Of a DNA stretch of 64,000 nucleotides, positions 19,898-29,846 are shown in pieces (the stretch's first letter is position 1; every line of letters begins with the position of its first letter). The stretch lies in IMG/VR virus record IMGVR_UViG_3300020398_000005, positions 1-64,000 of that record; one strand, written 5' to 3'. Under the pieces are notes generated by a model. It saw nothing but the letters and a program-made list of their open reading frames with translations, searched no databases and was not told where the DNA came from. This stretch comes from an uncultured virus (IMG/VR IMGVR_UViG_3300020398_000005) (taxonomy: Duplodnaviria; Heunggongvirae; Uroviricota; Caudoviricetes). A program made the position numbers and the translations under genes.

Positions 19898-19926
19898 AAT
19901 ATACGACACAAACAACCGTTAGTAAA
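19898..19926 (-). promoter_or_regulatory. Sigma70-like promoter inside the array
   Basis: TTTACT-N17-TATATT; the same hexamers recur at 52766-52794. Confidence 0.6.
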
Positions 19927-19943
19927 GAAAGTTTTCTAATTGA

Positions 19944-20720
19944 TTATGTGTACTGTATTCTGTTTGTGAAAATCTCAGGATAAGTTAAAGGTGGTTGGTT
20001 ATATTGTATGCGCTTTTTGTCGACATAGTCCATAGCGCTGTTGAAACTACGTTCACCGACAATTGCCCATTCTTGCTGCAATAAGCGCTCGCTAGACGGC
20101 GTGTCATTTACGAAATCGGTGTTTAATACAAACTGGCGCGGTAGGTGTACTCGTAAAGGTACCCGTTCCTCCCAAAGTCTGCGCTGGGATAGGGTTTCGT
20201 AATTGGCCAGAGTTAGCCCTTCGTCAGTTAATGTCACTGAGCGAGATCCAAAAAAGTCAGACTCGGTGCGCATGCACAAACCGGCAGAGCTAAGTTCTGA
20301 TTTCTTTGTTAAGTTAACATTCATAGAAACGTCAAGAACGCGTCTATACGGGTGTGTTTTTCGTCCACGCTTGCTAGGATACGTGCGCAGTGCGTAAACG
20401 TTGAAAGACCAGTACATGCTCGCAAGGACAGAGCGACCTACACGTATTTTAAATTCGCGGCCATTGACTACCAAATTTGGTGATGAATGCTCCCAAGTAC
20501 CAGTGCTTTCATCGTTCTGGTTCCTGAGTTCAGCACAAGCCGTCGCGATTTCAACAATAGTAGTGTGCCATTTCGTGCGAAGCGCTCTCATGGTGTCATA
20601 AGTAGCTTGCGGATCGGGGCGTCTGACTTGACTAACACCGGTAACAATACCGAAGCCAGTTTTTATGAAATCAAGTGCACAGCTTTCAGCTGCCTGTATT
20701 ATTGCTTCACTAGGCTTCAC
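19944..20720 (-). CDS. C-terminally tagged array protein (LTYPEIFTNRIQYT)
   Basis: 258-aa ORF with GTG start. Confidence 0.8.
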   Translation of the reverse strand: MKPSEAIIQAAESCALDFIKTGFGIVTGVSQVRRPDPQATYDTMRALRTKWHTTIVEIATACAELRNQNDESTGTWEHSSPNLVVNGREFKIRVGRSVLASMYWSFNVYALRTYPSKRGRKTHPYRRVLDVSMNVNLTKKSELSSAGLCMRTESDFFGSRSVTLTDEGLTLANYETLSQRRLWEERVPLRVHLPRQFVLNTDFVNDTPSSERLLQQEWAIVGERSFNSAMDYVDKKRIQYNQPPLTYPEIFTNRIQYT

Positions 20721-21432
20721 AAGTTACTCCGTGTTGTAAACAAAGCATTGAGCGCTCAGCGGGGTCAGCTACGTGCTTTAATTTGTCGTATACTTGCATT
20801 GCAAGCGATCCGCCCATATAGTTTCTACCGCGCTCAACGATAGTGCTATCCGGGTGTAAGCGCCATACAGCAAGTGTCGGTGAGTCCATAAACAGTGCGT
20901 TTTTGTTTGTAACGCCAACTTCGCGTGAAATATTGATTATTTTTTCTTTCGGCGATGTTGAGTCAAACATTTTTTTATGACTTTTTTTCAACGATGCGTC
21001 AATGTTAAATGGGAAGTGGTATGTCGCTGCTTCAAGGCTGACGTGTTTAACACGATATTTGTCGTCGCTATATGAACTGAACACTGTACTCAGCTCAACA
21101 TATGCACGGTCATGCAAGTTTACTCTGCCGTTTGAACGTTCTAACATACTAATTGTAGCAGTTACTCGCACGGTGCCCGGGCGATAATCTTCAAACGTAT
21201 TGTTTTCAGCCACATCTAAAGTCAAGCAATACTTGGTACGCTTTGTATCAAGCAATGTCATCGGGGCGCCGCGGTACAGATCAGCTTTGAGCAACGTATC
21301 ACATAAACCAGGAATCAAATTAAGGATTTCTTCAGCGCCTTCGTACGATGCACTATCACGAAGTCTAAAGTGGTGACGCGCTTTGATTAACTTTTTCACA
21401 AACGTATTGATTTCAGCAGCTAATTCTTTCAT
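20710..21432 (-). CDS. C-terminally tagged array protein (ADPAERSMLCLQHGVTCEA)
   Basis: 240-aa ORF. Confidence 0.8.
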   Translation of the reverse strand: MKELAAEINTFVKKLIKARHHFRLRDSASYEGAEEILNLIPGLCDTLLKADLYRGAPMTLLDTKRTKYCLTLDVAENNTFEDYRPGTVRVTATISMLERSNGRVNLHDRAYVELSTVFSSYSDDKYRVKHVSLEAATYHFPFNIDASLKKSHKKMFDSTSPKEKIINISREVGVTNKNALFMDSPTLAVWRLHPDSTIVERGRNYMGGSLAMQVYDKLKHVADPAERSMLCLQHGVTCEA

Positions 21433-22085
21433 AAACCTTGCAACCTTGTAAGAGTAATAAGTCTAGTCTTTTCTTCGTCAGCAATGTCTAATCTCTTTAT
21501 CTGTTCAACAACACTGCCACCGCTATAATTGGAATTATAACTGATTGTCTGTTTGGTTGTCAAGCAGATTTCTGCATTTTGTGTCATTGGTATTAGCGGA
21601 AACGTAAGACCAAGTTCAGATCGTAAGTATTCATCCTCTCTAGTCCACGATATATAAGGCTTGCCTGACACATCATACAAAACAAGAGTAATGGAACTTG
21701 TACCAAATCTTGTGTCACTCATTACCACAGTAGTAGGGCTATTATGCTTTGTGATCACCGTAAGCCTACGTGTTACATGGCGCTCTTCGTCATTTGACAG
21801 TATTTGTTTTTGTATCGATAATAACTCAAATCGCCTGGCCTCTACACGAGTTGCGGGCTTACGTGCGCTCACACCTACTTTATGTGTGTCAGTATCGTAT
21901 ATGATCGCATCGCGCATCATAGTCGCGTTCGGGCATACTTCTTTCACTGCGAGGCGACTTAAGCTTTCCATCTGCTCAATAAACAATACCATGGCATCGA
22001 TATCATCTGCTCTTCTTAGTGAACGAACATTGCTGGTTACCAGCTTGCCTATGTGGTTTACAATTTCTAATATTTCATCATACAT
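21429..22085 (-). CDS. C-terminally tagged array protein (IADEEKTRLITLTRLQGL)
   Basis: 218-aa ORF. Confidence 0.8.
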   Translation of the reverse strand: MYDEILEIVNHIGKLVTSNVRSLRRADDIDAMVLFIEQMESLSRLAVKEVCPNATMMRDAIIYDTDTHKVGVSARKPATRVEARRFELLSIQKQILSNDEERHVTRRLTVITKHNSPTTVVMSDTRFGTSSITLVLYDVSGKPYISWTREDEYLRSELGLTFPLIPMTQNAEICLTTKQTISYNSNYSGGSVVEQIKRLDIADEEKTRLITLTRLQGL

Positions 22086-22860
22086 GTTGAAGCCTTAGCA
22101 ATGCGATACGAGACGGGTCAACTTTGTCTTTATTATTACCTAGACGATTGCGTATGTGTATGTCAATATCATTTCGTATGAAATACGCATTACCGCTAAA
22201 CTGTTTATCGTCAGCGCTAAATACCGATGTTTCAATTTCCGGCGATTCCAAAAACAACGGATAGCTTTCTACATTACCTACGTTACGTTTGAACTGCATA
22301 TATGCGGTGCCTGTTTGCGACAATATTTTAATAGGTAACTTAGACATACTGTACGACACACGAATTACTGATCTCGGATCAGACCCGCTCTTACCAGGCA
22401 CATTGGCTGATCGAATAGATAACTTAAATGGTTTCTTTGCTAGGTACGAGTTGGATATTGTTACCGTAAAGCCGTTGTCGCTCTCTGAATTATAAAAGGT
22501 ACTTATTGTCAACGTGATCTCGTGTATGAATACCGATAGTGACAGGCTTTCTGCCTTAAACGGATCCTTTATAAGTTGTATCTGTCTAGGGTATAAACCA
22601 GTCGAGTGTGCTAATTCAGCATAAGACATCGCTTCCACGACTTTGCGGGCTTTGTTGGCTATCGATACATGTGCGCGTCTAGTTCGCTTATACTTGCCTC
22701 TAGTTGTAGTCAGATACAACCTGTTCTTTAACACACACTCGATCAGATCTTTAGTGGTTTTCATATACCGCTTATAGCCAGGCGTGTTATCGTATACTCT
22801 ACGATTCCTAATAGGCTCATATACTCGTTGCGAGAACGTATCTTTATCCATAATGTCCAT
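22078..22860 (-). CDS. C-terminally tagged array protein (VDPSRIALLRLQHV)
   Basis: 260-aa ORF. Confidence 0.8.
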   Translation of the reverse strand: MDIMDKDTFSQRVYEPIRNRRVYDNTPGYKRYMKTTKDLIECVLKNRLYLTTTRGKYKRTRRAHVSIANKARKVVEAMSYAELAHSTGLYPRQIQLIKDPFKAESLSLSVFIHEITLTISTFYNSESDNGFTVTISNSYLAKKPFKLSIRSANVPGKSGSDPRSVIRVSYSMSKLPIKILSQTGTAYMQFKRNVGNVESYPLFLESPEIETSVFSADDKQFSGNAYFIRNDIDIHIRNRLGNNKDKVDPSRIALLRLQHV

Positions 22861-22861
22861 G

Positions 22862-23764
22862 TTAATATTGCTCTCCGAGTACGAACAATGCTGCGGTAGA
22901 CCGCTTTAGTATAGGCCCATGCATCTCTTCAACCAATTTGGCTTCTTCTAAATACTGACGCAATGTTAGCGTTATATCAAACCCGTAACGCCAACGTCTT
23001 AGGTTTAGTTTTAGTTTGTTAGTGCCTGATACCTGCACATACGTAGAAACCACAGGCACAAACGGTCTGAACAATTCTAGTGATTCGTACATCCAATGAT
23101 CCGCGGTACATAGTGCCTTATCAGTCACAGTACATGACATCATACGGACGTCTGTATGTTTATTTGCCACAAACACTATCTCGCCAATATTAGACGAAAG
23201 ACGAACCTTTCTTTCAGCTGAAGGTATACCGTCCCAGTTAGACCATAATCCAGTGCGTGCGGTTGCTGTTACCATACGGTGCTCCATATAATGCTCATAT
23301 GAAGCCCTAGACCAGCGCCTATAGAATACCGCACTTGGTCCATATAACCTTGTCTTAACGAGTTTGCTATGTTTACTGAATGTTATTTGCACCGTATACA
23401 CGACGTCGTTATATTCAATAGTAACACCGTAACTTTCACAAGTGTAATCACCATCCACGATACATACGTTAACGGGATCAACAGTGTGTATCCGCTTACG
23501 CGTCAATGTTACTTTTACGTCAGTGCCAGGCAAACGACACAAGTAAACTGGGTTGAAGTCACCTGACTTTAAGATGGCCGGGCCAATTTCTTCATCAACG
23601 AACGTTATTAAGTCGCCCAGCATCTTATGCACTGCTTTACCTACAGCGACAACGCCTACATCTTCCCGTGGACCAAATCTAAACGACACCTTTCGTCTAG
23701 TTTCAACACGTTCTTTGCGTAGGCGCATTAGGTGCGTCAGTAGTTTGTTTCCTGGATTACGCAT
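22862..23764 (-). CDS. Array protein with degenerate tag (LKRSTAALFVLGEQY)
   Basis: 300-aa ORF. Confidence 0.75.
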   Translation of the reverse strand: MRNPGNKLLTHLMRLRKERVETRRKVSFRFGPREDVGVVAVGKAVHKMLGDLITFVDEEIGPAILKSGDFNPVYLCRLPGTDVKVTLTRKRIHTVDPVNVCIVDGDYTCESYGVTIEYNDVVYTVQITFSKHSKLVKTRLYGPSAVFYRRWSRASYEHYMEHRMVTATARTGLWSNWDGIPSAERKVRLSSNIGEIVFVANKHTDVRMMSCTVTDKALCTADHWMYESLELFRPFVPVVSTYVQVSGTNKLKLNLRRWRYGFDITLTLRQYLEEAKLVEEMHGPILKRSTAALFVLGEQY

Positions 23765-24629
23765 AATTCAACCTCATCAAGGCAAACTGTTCTTCTGTTA
23801 GACGATCACCGATGCACCACTCAGCCACTGTTTCGCAAGAATTGCTTATCTCTGGCAGGGACTCGTAATCAGCGAGATACACGTTTTCTGCTATTACGGT
23901 GTTACTAGTATCGTAATACTTGTCGAAACTAGCAAACATCATGGCAGACTCTTCATTGTTGAGAATATTAGCCCCGGGGTGGTAACGACACGAGATTGCA
24001 TTAGGACCTGGGTTATCGTAGTCAAACCGTCTCATATACACTATCTGTGACCCGTGTTTATATGCAAGTGAATGTCCACGCACCCAGATCGCACATAGCC
24101 CTCTTCTCGAGGAGGCATACGCTAGATGAATAGGGCGCTCGATAGACATGTCTTTGTTTGGGCTGCTCATGTTTATAGTCAACATGTAGTCGTTTCTGGG
24201 CTGGTGTTTATAAAAGTGTAACGTGAAGTCAACATGCACATTACCAGCGACCACAATAGTTACCCGACGAGAAAACCTGTCCCGCAAAGTTACTTTGGGA
24301 TCATACTCTGCTACTTCTTCAAGTTCGACTTTGGGAATGAAATCCACGTTGTATAGCTTAGACGCAATATAAGTAGATAACGATGAGCTGCCGACAAGTC
24401 GAAACACTGCGCGTTCAACCGGGCGGCCTTCATCATCCATTACACGGTTAATACGTTTGGCTACTGCTAGGTGAGTCATCTTGCAATCGTCGGAAAGTGC
24501 ATTGCTTATAGCCTTTATGTTGGCCACAACATCATACCCAAACACGTAGGAATCCTTATAATTTTCCATCACCGTACTCCAATTTAAGTCGTATACGTTC
24601 TTCGGCTGATACGCGGGATAGTATGTCAC
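23757..24629 (-). CDS. C-terminally tagged array protein (LTEEQFALMRLNYA)
   Basis: ORF of up to 290 aa; likely true start is ATG 24569 (MENYKD) after GGAG. Confidence 0.8.
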   Translation of the reverse strand: MTYYPAYQPKNVYDLNWSTVMENYKDSYVFGYDVVANIKAISNALSDDCKMTHLAVAKRINRVMDDEGRPVERAVFRLVGSSSLSTYIASKLYNVDFIPKVELEEVAEYDPKVTLRDRFSRRVTIVVAGNVHVDFTLHFYKHQPRNDYMLTINMSSPNKDMSIERPIHLAYASSRRGLCAIWVRGHSLAYKHGSQIVYMRRFDYDNPGPNAISCRYHPGANILNNEESAMMFASFDKYYDTSNTVIAENVYLADYESLPEISNSCETVAEWCIGDRLTEEQFALMRLNYA

Positions 24630-25296
24630 TAAACTCTACCGGCGAGTCATTTAACATCCACTGTGACCTTAGTACCTGTTTCACCTTACTAAAGTCATCA
24701 ATATCGTACTGGACTGTCATAGTAGCAGGCCGTTCTAATGAATGAATGACAAAATCAGTAGTTATTTGATCTGCATTCATATTAGCCGGATTTAGGTCGG
24801 TATTACTATAATAACCATATGACGTAACACATGGCGTATGGCCGTTAACAATTTTTTTCGTACCGTTTATGTGTTCTGTGGCAAGGTTCATTGACGTTGA
24901 CGAGTTATAAACATACTTGACCGCGTTTGACGTACCGACACCTTTAATAATCATTACAGTAGGCGGCCATTTTCCTTGGCGAGACTCTTCAAGTGAGCGG
25001 GTGGCAATCGCTGCCATTGTTTCACGAGTAAACTGGGTGTGGAATGTCATACCGATACTAGTACGCGTGGCCGGACTCGTAAACATTACGCTAGTCACCA
25101 ACCTACGATTGGCACTCACAACGATGCCGTATTGTCGTTTGATTGCAGGTGCGCGGCCGTTTATGTAAGTGACTGCACAATCATGTAGAGGCGGTACGCC
25201 CACTATGGTTGTCATTGTAGTCATCTTAAAGATAAGGTCTTCAAGATTTCTAGGCAATGCAGATAAACTGGATACCGTGTCTAGCATCGTTGTCAT
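24556..25296 (-). CDS. C-terminally tagged array protein (VSAEERIRLKLEYGDGKL)
   Basis: 246-aa ORF. Confidence 0.8.
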   Translation of the reverse strand: MTTMLDTVSSLSALPRNLEDLIFKMTTMTTIVGVPPLHDCAVTYINGRAPAIKRQYGIVVSANRRLVTSVMFTSPATRTSIGMTFHTQFTRETMAAIATRSLEESRQGKWPPTVMIIKGVGTSNAVKYVYNSSTSMNLATEHINGTKKIVNGHTPCVTSYGYYSNTDLNPANMNADQITTDFVIHSLERPATMTVQYDIDDFSKVKQVLRSQWMLNDSPVEFSDILSRVSAEERIRLKLEYGDGKL

Positions 25297-25362
25297 TAAT
25301 GTTGCCTTCTTTGTTAAACGTGTATATTATTAGATTAACAAAATCGGCAACAAGACACAAGA

Positions 25363-26187
25363 TTATCCGTAATTTAATCTATATAAGAGGTATTCTGAAG
25401 GGCTAAGGTGTCGTTTAAGATAGTAGTCACCCATGCCACCGAGTGCGGATTTCAAATCACATAAATCAATCAGTGTATATGAGCTATGCACTGGTCCATC
25501 GCTGTTCGGTGGCCTATGATGTGATTCATACATAGCAAAGCATTCGTCAACTGCAACGTTTTTTACTCTACCGCTTGGTCTAAAGTCGTCATGAAGAGGC
25601 ATCCAGAGTTTAATTGACCGCCCAAACGGCATAGGCGCGTCAGTCATTTTACGACCTAATACTTTAGCCGGGTTTGGAAGATACGATACCCGTTGGTGAT
25701 AGTCACTTATGGATATAGATAATACTGACCTCCCGCTTGATATTCGCACATCAAGAGCAGGTATACCGTGTGCATGGTTATTCAGAGTGAGCTTTGTTAT
25801 GAAACGAGCGGTATCATTTGGGTTTATTAAACTAAGATATTCTGACTTATTAATCTCCCAAACCTGATCTTTACTGGTGACTGATTTTCCGTTTATCACT
25901 AAATCAGTCATAGGCCAAGCTGGTGACACAGTATCGCCGACATACCTTATACGTGCCTTCACAATTATCCCTGACAGTTCAGTGACACAAGAGTGGATGC
26001 ATTTCAAATCATTTGCTAGTTGATCAGCAAAATTACCGAAGTCCTTTTTATGACGTGTCAGTTTACGCACTCGGCGAAAACTACCCAACACGTCATCGAA
26101 GTTAGACGACAGCTCTACTTTCTTGTCACCAAATTCTGCATAACTAATCATTGCATCTCCAAGAGTGAACAGAACCTGCTTGTACAT
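25363..26187 (-). CDS. C-terminally tagged array protein (LSPSEYLLYRLNYG)
   Basis: 274-aa ORF. Confidence 0.8.
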   Translation of the reverse strand: MYKQVLFTLGDAMISYAEFGDKKVELSSNFDDVLGSFRRVRKLTRHKKDFGNFADQLANDLKCIHSCVTELSGIIVKARIRYVGDTVSPAWPMTDLVINGKSVTSKDQVWEINKSEYLSLINPNDTARFITKLTLNNHAHGIPALDVRISSGRSVLSISISDYHQRVSYLPNPAKVLGRKMTDAPMPFGRSIKLWMPLHDDFRPSGRVKNVAVDECFAMYESHHRPPNSDGPVHSSYTLIDLCDLKSALGGMGDYYLKRHLSPSEYLLYRLNYG

Positions 26188-26741
26188 TCAGGCTTCTTGC
26201 TGACTAGATTAAAACGATTCTTAATGCGCGTGATACATAGCTTGATAAGACCTGCTTTTTGGGTAACATCTTCTGAATACTCAAGACCGCGTCGATATAC
26301 AAACCCAGCATTATACGACGCAAGGGCCATAGGATGATTGCCACCACGTATGCGTAACCAGTAGTTTATCTCGTTTATGGCTAGACGCGCACCGAGACCC
26401 TGATCCATCACCAAATCTTGGGCAAGTACGTTTGCCATAAACGATTCCCTGTCTATTCCAAGACGGCTTGTAGCTGTGTCGATATGTATTGCATAAGGAC
26501 CAAAGCTAGGGTCATTTATGTTCATCAAATACTTGCCGAGATTACTTTCCCGCCACGCAATGGCAGGAAGCACAGTCTCGAGACCGTACTCCTTGCCAAA
26601 CTCGTAGCTGGTTACCAATACGTTTGCTTGATCGCTGTTTATCCTGATGTTCGCGTCACAGAACTCATCTATAGCCTGGTGCTGTGTACTACTCACAGAT
26701 AATCCCAACGTAACTCCTACGACAGCGAATATGTTAATCAT
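26148..26741 (-). CDS. SLT-family lytic transglycosylase with N-terminal signal/anchor
   Basis: AIAWRES (catalytic Glu), SFGPYAI and ALASYNAG motifs; hydrophobic N-terminus. Confidence 0.8.
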   Translation of the reverse strand: MINIFAVVGVTLGLSVSSTQHQAIDEFCDANIRINSDQANVLVTSYEFGKEYGLETVLPAIAWRESNLGKYLMNINDPSFGPYAIHIDTATSRLGIDRESFMANVLAQDLVMDQGLGARLAINEINYWLRIRGGNHPMALASYNAGFVYRRGLEYSEDVTQKAGLIKLCITRIKNRFNLVSKKPECTSRFCSLLEMQ

Positions 26742-28045
26742 AGCGTTGTTATGTCATTAATCAAGTGGGCTTCAAACTTGTTGCCGCCGTTCGCTTCTTC
26801 ATCAATAAGACGCTTGGCGAACATAGTTATCTCGCGCACGGTTTCGTAGGGGCTGCACTTGTTTTCTTTTGACAACAAGAGAATCGCTTTAATCATTGCC
26901 GCTTGTGCTTGGTGTGTATGCAACTCAGGATCGTAGTTGTCTGCCACTTCCAAGTAACCGTAGTACTGCATCATACTGAACACAGTGTTATCGAGCCGGA
27001 AACTAGAATCGTACATCGATCTTCCATTGTTGCGAAGAATTTGTATTCCCTCGTTGGCAGCCTGTAGTCCAACTGTCGCAACAATTATATCGTATGCTGT
27101 CTGTACCACATATCCGGAGAATGACATAAACGGATCACTAGGTGCGCCCGGTAGTTCACTAAGAGCAAGACCAAGCAATGCCCCGCTCTGGCCGCAACTC
27201 GAGTGCATCGGATTAGTAAACCAGTGTATGGTATTGTGAAAGGACGCGTGTGCATCTGTACGGTAGTACTCGTTGTTCTTGAATACCTCGGCTTTTAGGC
27301 TTTCGTCAAAACCGATGAATTTTTTCTTATAACTCATGAACGCGTTAACCAAAGACTGTGTTCTGCGGGTAGCTTCCCTGGAGTCATATAGGTGCCCGAT
27401 TTTTGCGCATGACTGCGTCATTTCGATTGGCGAAAACCCGGTCAGCAAAGCTTGTGTTATATTGTCGGCGTACGGCCATTTGGTCAGGTTACAAAAGCCA
27501 CTCAACGTGGCCGCGTGGTTGAATAACAGTGACACCTCGCACGAGTCAGCATAAGAGAAAGTATTAGAGTTCACTTTATTCAAAAAGGTGCCGCAGTCCT
27601 CTCGATCAGCCAGCAGGCGCTCAGCAGTCGTTAAACCGGTTTTATCAGCACGGATCATTCCGTATACGAGCATCGACAGAAGCTTGTACGGGAAGATTGT
27701 CGTACCACGTTCCGTATCATTTGTGCTGTGCATGCCCGGGTGCTCAGGAATAAACGGATCCGGTTTATGTGCTGCCTTTGCCAAAAAGCTTTCAGAATGA
27801 GGTTCTTGGTTAACTGACGCTAGCTTGTCAGCAAGTGCGTTAGACAGTTCAAGCTGTTTGAGTACTTCTTTCTTCTCGTTCGCCTCTCTGATAGACTGCA
27901 CGGTGACCCTGGGCTGCACTACCGAATCAGAGTCGTGTAATTCTGTAGCCAATCGGTACGGTGTTAAGACACCATGTGCGTTCATCTCTTGCATGCTAAA
28001 TTCCTTTGTCTTAGCCGATGCGATGGGTTGGTTTCCGGTGTTCAT
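26738..28045 (-). CDS. Hypothetical protein
   Basis: 435-aa ORF with ATGA coupling. Confidence 0.7.
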   Translation of the reverse strand: MNTGNQPIASAKTKEFSMQEMNAHGVLTPYRLATELHDSDSVVQPRVTVQSIREANEKKEVLKQLELSNALADKLASVNQEPHSESFLAKAAHKPDPFIPEHPGMHSTNDTERGTTIFPYKLLSMLVYGMIRADKTGLTTAERLLADREDCGTFLNKVNSNTFSYADSCEVSLLFNHAATLSGFCNLTKWPYADNITQALLTGFSPIEMTQSCAKIGHLYDSREATRRTQSLVNAFMSYKKKFIGFDESLKAEVFKNNEYYRTDAHASFHNTIHWFTNPMHSSCGQSGALLGLALSELPGAPSDPFMSFSGYVVQTAYDIIVATVGLQAANEGIQILRNNGRSMYDSSFRLDNTVFSMMQYYGYLEVADNYDPELHTHQAQAAMIKAILLLSKENKCSPYETVREITMFAKRLIDEEANGGNKFEAHLINDITTL

Positions 28046-28689
28046 CGTCTATCCTTACTTTTTCTAACCAATGTGAGTATGGTATCGGATATATCTCTGA
28101 ATGGCTGGATTATATCATGCTGAGCAATATCCGGGTTATTGTATCGCGCAACCAATGCGTAATACTTACGGTATAATTCATACATTTCGTTCCAGTCATC
28201 ACACAAACGAAGATAATCTGCGTGAAATTCGGAATCGGTTTTACTGCGTATGAATCCAGTAATGTTAGAGTCGTTGGTGACGTTCATATCCAGCATAGGC
28301 CAATTGTCTGCGCCAGTGCGTATACCAGCAGCGTCTAGGAAGTCTAGATACTCGTGTAACAAGCGAATACTGGCCGAAGTGTCTAACACCTTAATGCCGT
28401 GTACTTTACGATATAGGGTTTCACTGAACGCGATAATTTGATCATCACTGTTAATCGGTACGTCTTCTGATTCGGATTCAGAGTAACGCTGTATAACTTT
28501 TTGATCAACGAGGCTCGCAGCAAGCATGGCTGGATCACCAACTGACGGAGCGCCTGCGGGTGATAGTATAGACATTAGTCTACAAAAGTAAGGACACTCG
28601 CTGTGGTCGTTTGTGCTGAACATCACCACACGTTCGCTGGCCAACGCCTTTAGGTTGGCTTCGATATATTCATCCGGATCTAAAATCAT
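28042..28689 (-). CDS. Hypothetical protein
   Basis: 215-aa ORF with ATGA coupling. Confidence 0.7.
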   Translation of the reverse strand: MILDPDEYIEANLKALASERVVMFSTNDHSECPYFCRLMSILSPAGAPSVGDPAMLAASLVDQKVIQRYSESESEDVPINSDDQIIAFSETLYRKVHGIKVLDTSASIRLLHEYLDFLDAAGIRTGADNWPMLDMNVTNDSNITGFIRSKTDSEFHADYLRLCDDWNEMYELYRKYYALVARYNNPDIAQHDIIQPFRDISDTILTLVRKSKDRR

Positions 28690-29192
28690 CTACTATACTC
28701 CACACAAGTATGGTCTAAGCCGACCAAGTAGGTATCAATAATGAATTCAACTATGCGCCAGTCACCGCCGGCAAGACCGCAGCCGATTTGAGGGTATGCA
28801 ATTCGTATCGGCGGCACTCCGTTAGCTTCGCGTTCAGCGGCAGAGTCACGTAAATCATTACCCAACTCCCTAAAGAAGTCAACCAAAGCAGTGTAGTCGA
28901 CAGGACAGTCTTCAGGTGAAGTTCGCGGGGCGTACTGTGTGTAAGCATTAAGGACAACAAACTCGTGATCGTTTATTGTTAACATCGCAGCCGAAAAGCT
29001 GCCTAGCTTAGAACGATCACCTTTTTCAGTCTGTTCTTTATCAGCTTGCAGCACTGCTTGCCAGCCAGGTCGTCGTGCTATTTGACCCGCTATACCGGAG
29101 CCCATCGCATGCAGACAATTACAGCCGTGAACCATAATGTCGAACTGCGCGTTCTCCATCATTTCGAGTAAATCACCTTTAACTTTTTTCAT
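28686..29192 (-). CDS. Macro domain protein (ADP-ribose / Appr-1-p processing, T4 Tk.4-like)
   Basis: KGDLL, HGCNC..MGSGIA, NAYTQ and PQIGCGLAGGDW motifs. Confidence 0.9.
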   Translation of the reverse strand: MKKVKGDLLEMMENAQFDIMVHGCNCLHAMGSGIAGQIARRPGWQAVLQADKEQTEKGDRSKLGSFSAAMLTINDHEFVVLNAYTQYAPRTSPEDCPVDYTALVDFFRELGNDLRDSAAEREANGVPPIRIAYPQIGCGLAGGDWRIVEFIIDTYLVGLDHTCVEYSR

Positions 29193-29454
29193 ACTTCACC
29201 TTTTCTAAGTACGCTTCGTACTCAATTTCATCTATATAGACAAATACACTGCCTTCTTGTACGGCAAGTCCATAGTCAGCCAAGTTGTCGGCTACACTAT
29301 GTTGTAATTCGTCTCCGCCCCAAATCAACGCAACTAAGTAGGCTTGAAACCACATAAAGCGTTCTTCAGGGTCATTAATCCACAGCCATACAAAGGCTTC
29401 AGTATTACTGAGCTCGTCGTATTTCTTGACTGACCGATGCTTCTTCTTGCTCAT
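29179..29454 (-). CDS. Hypothetical protein
   Basis: 91-aa coupled ORF. Confidence 0.6.
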   Translation of the reverse strand: MSKKKHRSVKKYDELSNTEAFVWLWINDPEERFMWFQAYLVALIWGGDELQHSVADNLADYGLAVQEGSVFVYIDEIEYEAYLEKVKYEKS

Positions 29455-29846
29455 GGCACGTACATTGTATCAACGGTAAACCCACACTCGTTGCTCAACA
29501 CAGCAAGAAATTCAACAAGCATAGGATCCAACAATTCATCAGCGGTGGCCGGAACAACCATTGTCTCGCCACTGATTGTTTCTTCTTTACCTAGGTAAAC
29601 ACCAACGATAAAAGGAGGCTCACCAAAATGTCTACCTTCGACTTTTAAGTCAGTAACGAACAGCCTTTCGCCGGCACATAAGTTATGGGACAGAAATAAA
29701 CTGATCGTGTTGCGAAGCTCAGACATGTTCGGTCTTATCTCTGTCACTTCACGCACGTACTCAGTGGAGTACCTGTTCTTCTTGCTAATTTTAGCTGACA
29801 TTGCTTTCCCCTTTGTAACGCCACACAACACGCGTATCGCGGTCAT
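29451..29846 (-). CDS. Hypothetical protein
   Basis: ORF; true start probably MSAKI. Confidence 0.6.
   Translation of the reverse strand: MTAIRVLCGVTKGKAMSAKISKKNRYSTEYVREVTEIRPNMSELRNTISLFLSHNLCAGERLFVTDLKVEGRHFGEPPFIVGVYLGKEETISGETMVVPATADELLDPMLVEFLAVLSNECGFTVDTMYVP

Noticed and set aside
13240..26187. Integron-like cassette array
   Set aside because: Genes overlap or abut with no attC-like intergenic palindromes, and no integrase was seen.
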